Program-made: the position numbers and the translations under genes
The notes under the pieces: generated by a model
The model's database searches: none
Seen by the model: the letters and a program-made list of their open reading frames with translations, nothing else
What the model was told of the DNA's origin: nothing
Assembly: GCA_951406725.2 (NCBI GenBank)
Contig: OX597816.1
Coordinates: 171,430,001 to 171,494,000 of the forward strand
DNA length: 64,000 nt
Direction of reading: 5' to 3'
Source: Octopus vulgaris
Taxonomy: Eukaryota
Shown: piece by piece, positions 63,396 to 64,000 of the stretch
Position numbering within the stretch: position 1 is the first letter of the stretch
How the letters are laid out: the number at the start of each line of letters is the position of its first letter

Positions 63396-64000
63396 AAAAT
63401 ATATACCAGTAAACATAGATCTATCTATAAGATATATGTCAGTAAACATATGGAGTGACAATAATTTCTTTTTATTAGGCATGAGGCCAGATATTGTAAA
63501 CAGGGAATAAGAGAGAGTATAAAAAAGTCAACATTGATACACCTAATTCTGGATATCATAAACTACTCTGTTGGCTCTTTACCAATCATAAAATCATCAC
63601 CAAGGAAGAATTTCTTGCACAGGCATGATTTTTTTTTTTTTTCAAGAGGGGAAGGGGGATAGGATGATGTAACATTTGTACCCTTCCAAAGAACTTTCAA
63701 AGTAGTATCAACTGAAAATGTATTTGACACTATGCCTGATAATATTTTACTGTTAGATACTGATTTTTTTAAAGATTTTATTCTTAAATTTTTTAATTGA
63801 ATTTCAGTTTTTTGTATACTTTTCAAGAGACTAATGATTTCCGTGATAGTACATTGTAATTTTAATCAAAATATGTTTACATGTGAAGGCAAAGATATTT
63901 TAACAATAGCTACTGTACAAGACATTCTTATGAACTTTTAAAAATGCTTAACAGTTTCATGATAATATTTCTAATCAAATTACACAGTGATTTTATAGGT

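Overview
This is AT-rich, CpG-depleted eukaryotic DNA, most likely from an octopus (coleoid cephalopod). That assignment is inferred from the repeat families and was not confirmed by a database search. The only well-supported host coding sequence is the first coding exon of a minus-strand ARHGEF7/beta-PIX-like gene (30088-30630). It ends mid-SH3 domain at a GTAAGT donor, and no continuation exon was found, so bases 1-30087 appear to be one intron of more than 30 kb. A probable promoter with an RFX X-box and a short first exon of an unidentified plus-strand gene lie at about 50.65-51.0 kb. The rest is mobile DNA: several tRNA-derived SINE families, short elements ending in an RTE 3' tail, decayed RTE/CR1 LINEs, a dead pogo-type and a deleted mariner transposon, piggyBac- and hAT-type MITEs, non-autonomous Helitrons and Penelope-like fragments. 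The most unusual observations are a Helitron flanked by a 174-bp direct duplication, a perfect fold-back hairpin fused to an inverted copy of a transposon/host junction, a ~280-bp templated insertion inside an RTE, a degenerate minimal hammerhead ribozyme, and a strong antisense bias of a splice-donor-bearing SINE inside the intron. No CRISPR array or operon-like novel system is supported. Coordinates of decayed repeats are approximate and were read by eye.
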